Assembly: GCA_964016885.1 (NCBI GenBank)
Contig: OZ024743.1
Span: 223,386,001-223,450,000 of the forward strand
Source: Eledone cirrhosa
Lineage: Eukaryota
DNA: 64,000 bases
Direction: 5' to 3'
Shown here: piece after piece, positions 62,790-64,000 of the stretch
Layout of the letters: each line of letters begins with the position of its first letter
How positions within the stretch are numbered: the first letter of the stretch is position 1
The notes under the pieces: model-generated
What the model was told of the DNA's origin: nothing
The model's input: the letters and a program-made list of their open reading frames with translations, nothing else
Database searches by the model: none
Translations under genes and position numbers: made by a program

Positions 62790-64000
62790 CTAGAAAAAAG
62801 TATCATTAAATTATTCAATCAGGTAAAAAACAAACAAACAAAAAAAGAACACCTCAGTGATGAGGATGGTGCTAACGATGATGCAATAGCTATACTCGCT
62901 CTGATCAATTGATAAGATCACAGACCTCATTTGCTTGCCGAGTGGAGTGGACCATGTCAAATTGGACAAAGGAAACTTTTGTTTCCATTGGTCTTTCCAT
63001 TGCTGAAACTATCTACCGGTTACAACTCCTGGCAGAAGAAGCAACATAAAATACAGTGTCTTGCTCAAGGACACAACGCATCACTCGGTCCGAGAATTGA
63101 ACTCGCAGCCTCATGATTATGAATCCAACTCTCTAACAACTAAGCCACATGCCTTCACTTATAGCTGTACAATGCACAGCTATAGCTCTGATTGTCATCC
63201 TATCAGTAAGGTTAAATTAACTCTTAACATCTACTGAAAGACATTCTTGTAAAGTACAAAACAGCATTATGACTGCATCTGGATTGGCAGTATCAGTAGA
63301 GGATCGGACGCCATGCTTTCCAGCATAGTTACGTCCCTTTACGATCTGAGTTCAAATCCCACCGAGGTTAACTTTGCCTTTCATCCTTACGGGGTCGATA
63401 AAATAAAGTACCAGTAATGCACTGGGTAATTGCTGGCCTTGTGCCTAAAGTAGAAACAATTAAAAATTAATCTAATACTGCAAACTTTTGCAACAATCTA
63501 TCCACCATCAAAGATAGCAAATCCTTTTTAGAATAAACAAATTCATTTTGAATTTTCAAAACAGTTTTTAAAAATATTTTTTGCTGAATCATTATAATTG
63601 TGTAGAATATTAAGACTGTTTAATCTCAAGTAAATGTAAGCTCTTAGCAAAACAAGTGTCCTGAACCCACTTTATATTCACAATACTAATTTTCACTTAA
63701 TCTGCTGATGATTTTGTGAGTGACCTAAATTGAATTAATTCCTATTTTTCCATTTTTTTTTTAGAACACTAGCGCTGATGACCTTCAAGAGGTTTGAAGA
63801 TGACAGGTCAAACCACTTGACTATTTAACACATCAGTGTATGGAACAAATTAACATTTATACTTTATTACACATCTAAATGTCTGAGATATGCTTTTGTT
63901 ATCATAATAATAAGATTAAATCATTTTTCAGAATATTAACCTCATCTTCAGAGATGAAAAATTGCTTTTAATATTTACATTTACGTGAGCAAAATTGAGC

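Noticed and set aside
63763-63805. Possible plus-strand micro-exon or further PLC exon near window end
   Set aside because: Acceptor-like tract but weak donor and no recognisable peptide; no PLC X/Y motif found in 62790-64000.

Overview
AT-rich, repeat-dense animal genomic DNA. The SINE/RTE/microsatellite content looks like a coleoid cephalopod (octopus-like); this is inference. Three host genes are supported. (1) The last four coding exons of a Staufen-type dsRNA-binding protein (+, 1018-10551). (2) A single-exon 522-aa ORF (-, 26147-27715) with an IFIT/TTC22-like TPR region fused to a C-terminal TIR-like domain, followed by a solo LTR. (3) The last six coding exons of a delta-type phosphoinositide phospholipase C (-, 57120-62789). 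The rest is mostly transposon-derived: RTE LINEs, CRE-like RLE retrotransposons, Penelope-like fragments, a near-intact DD37D/maT element, a decayed mariner, Helitron-like units, TTAA MITEs, SINEs and a 5S pseudogene. Best hunting results are the IFIT-like/TIR fusion with an IRF-type motif next to its start codon, a cluster of four hammerhead-ribozyme motifs on both strands around a 424-bp tandem repeat (40.9-42.0 kb), and two inverted 43-bp minisatellite arrays at the Staufen locus. All family assignments come from manual motif recognition; no searches were run.
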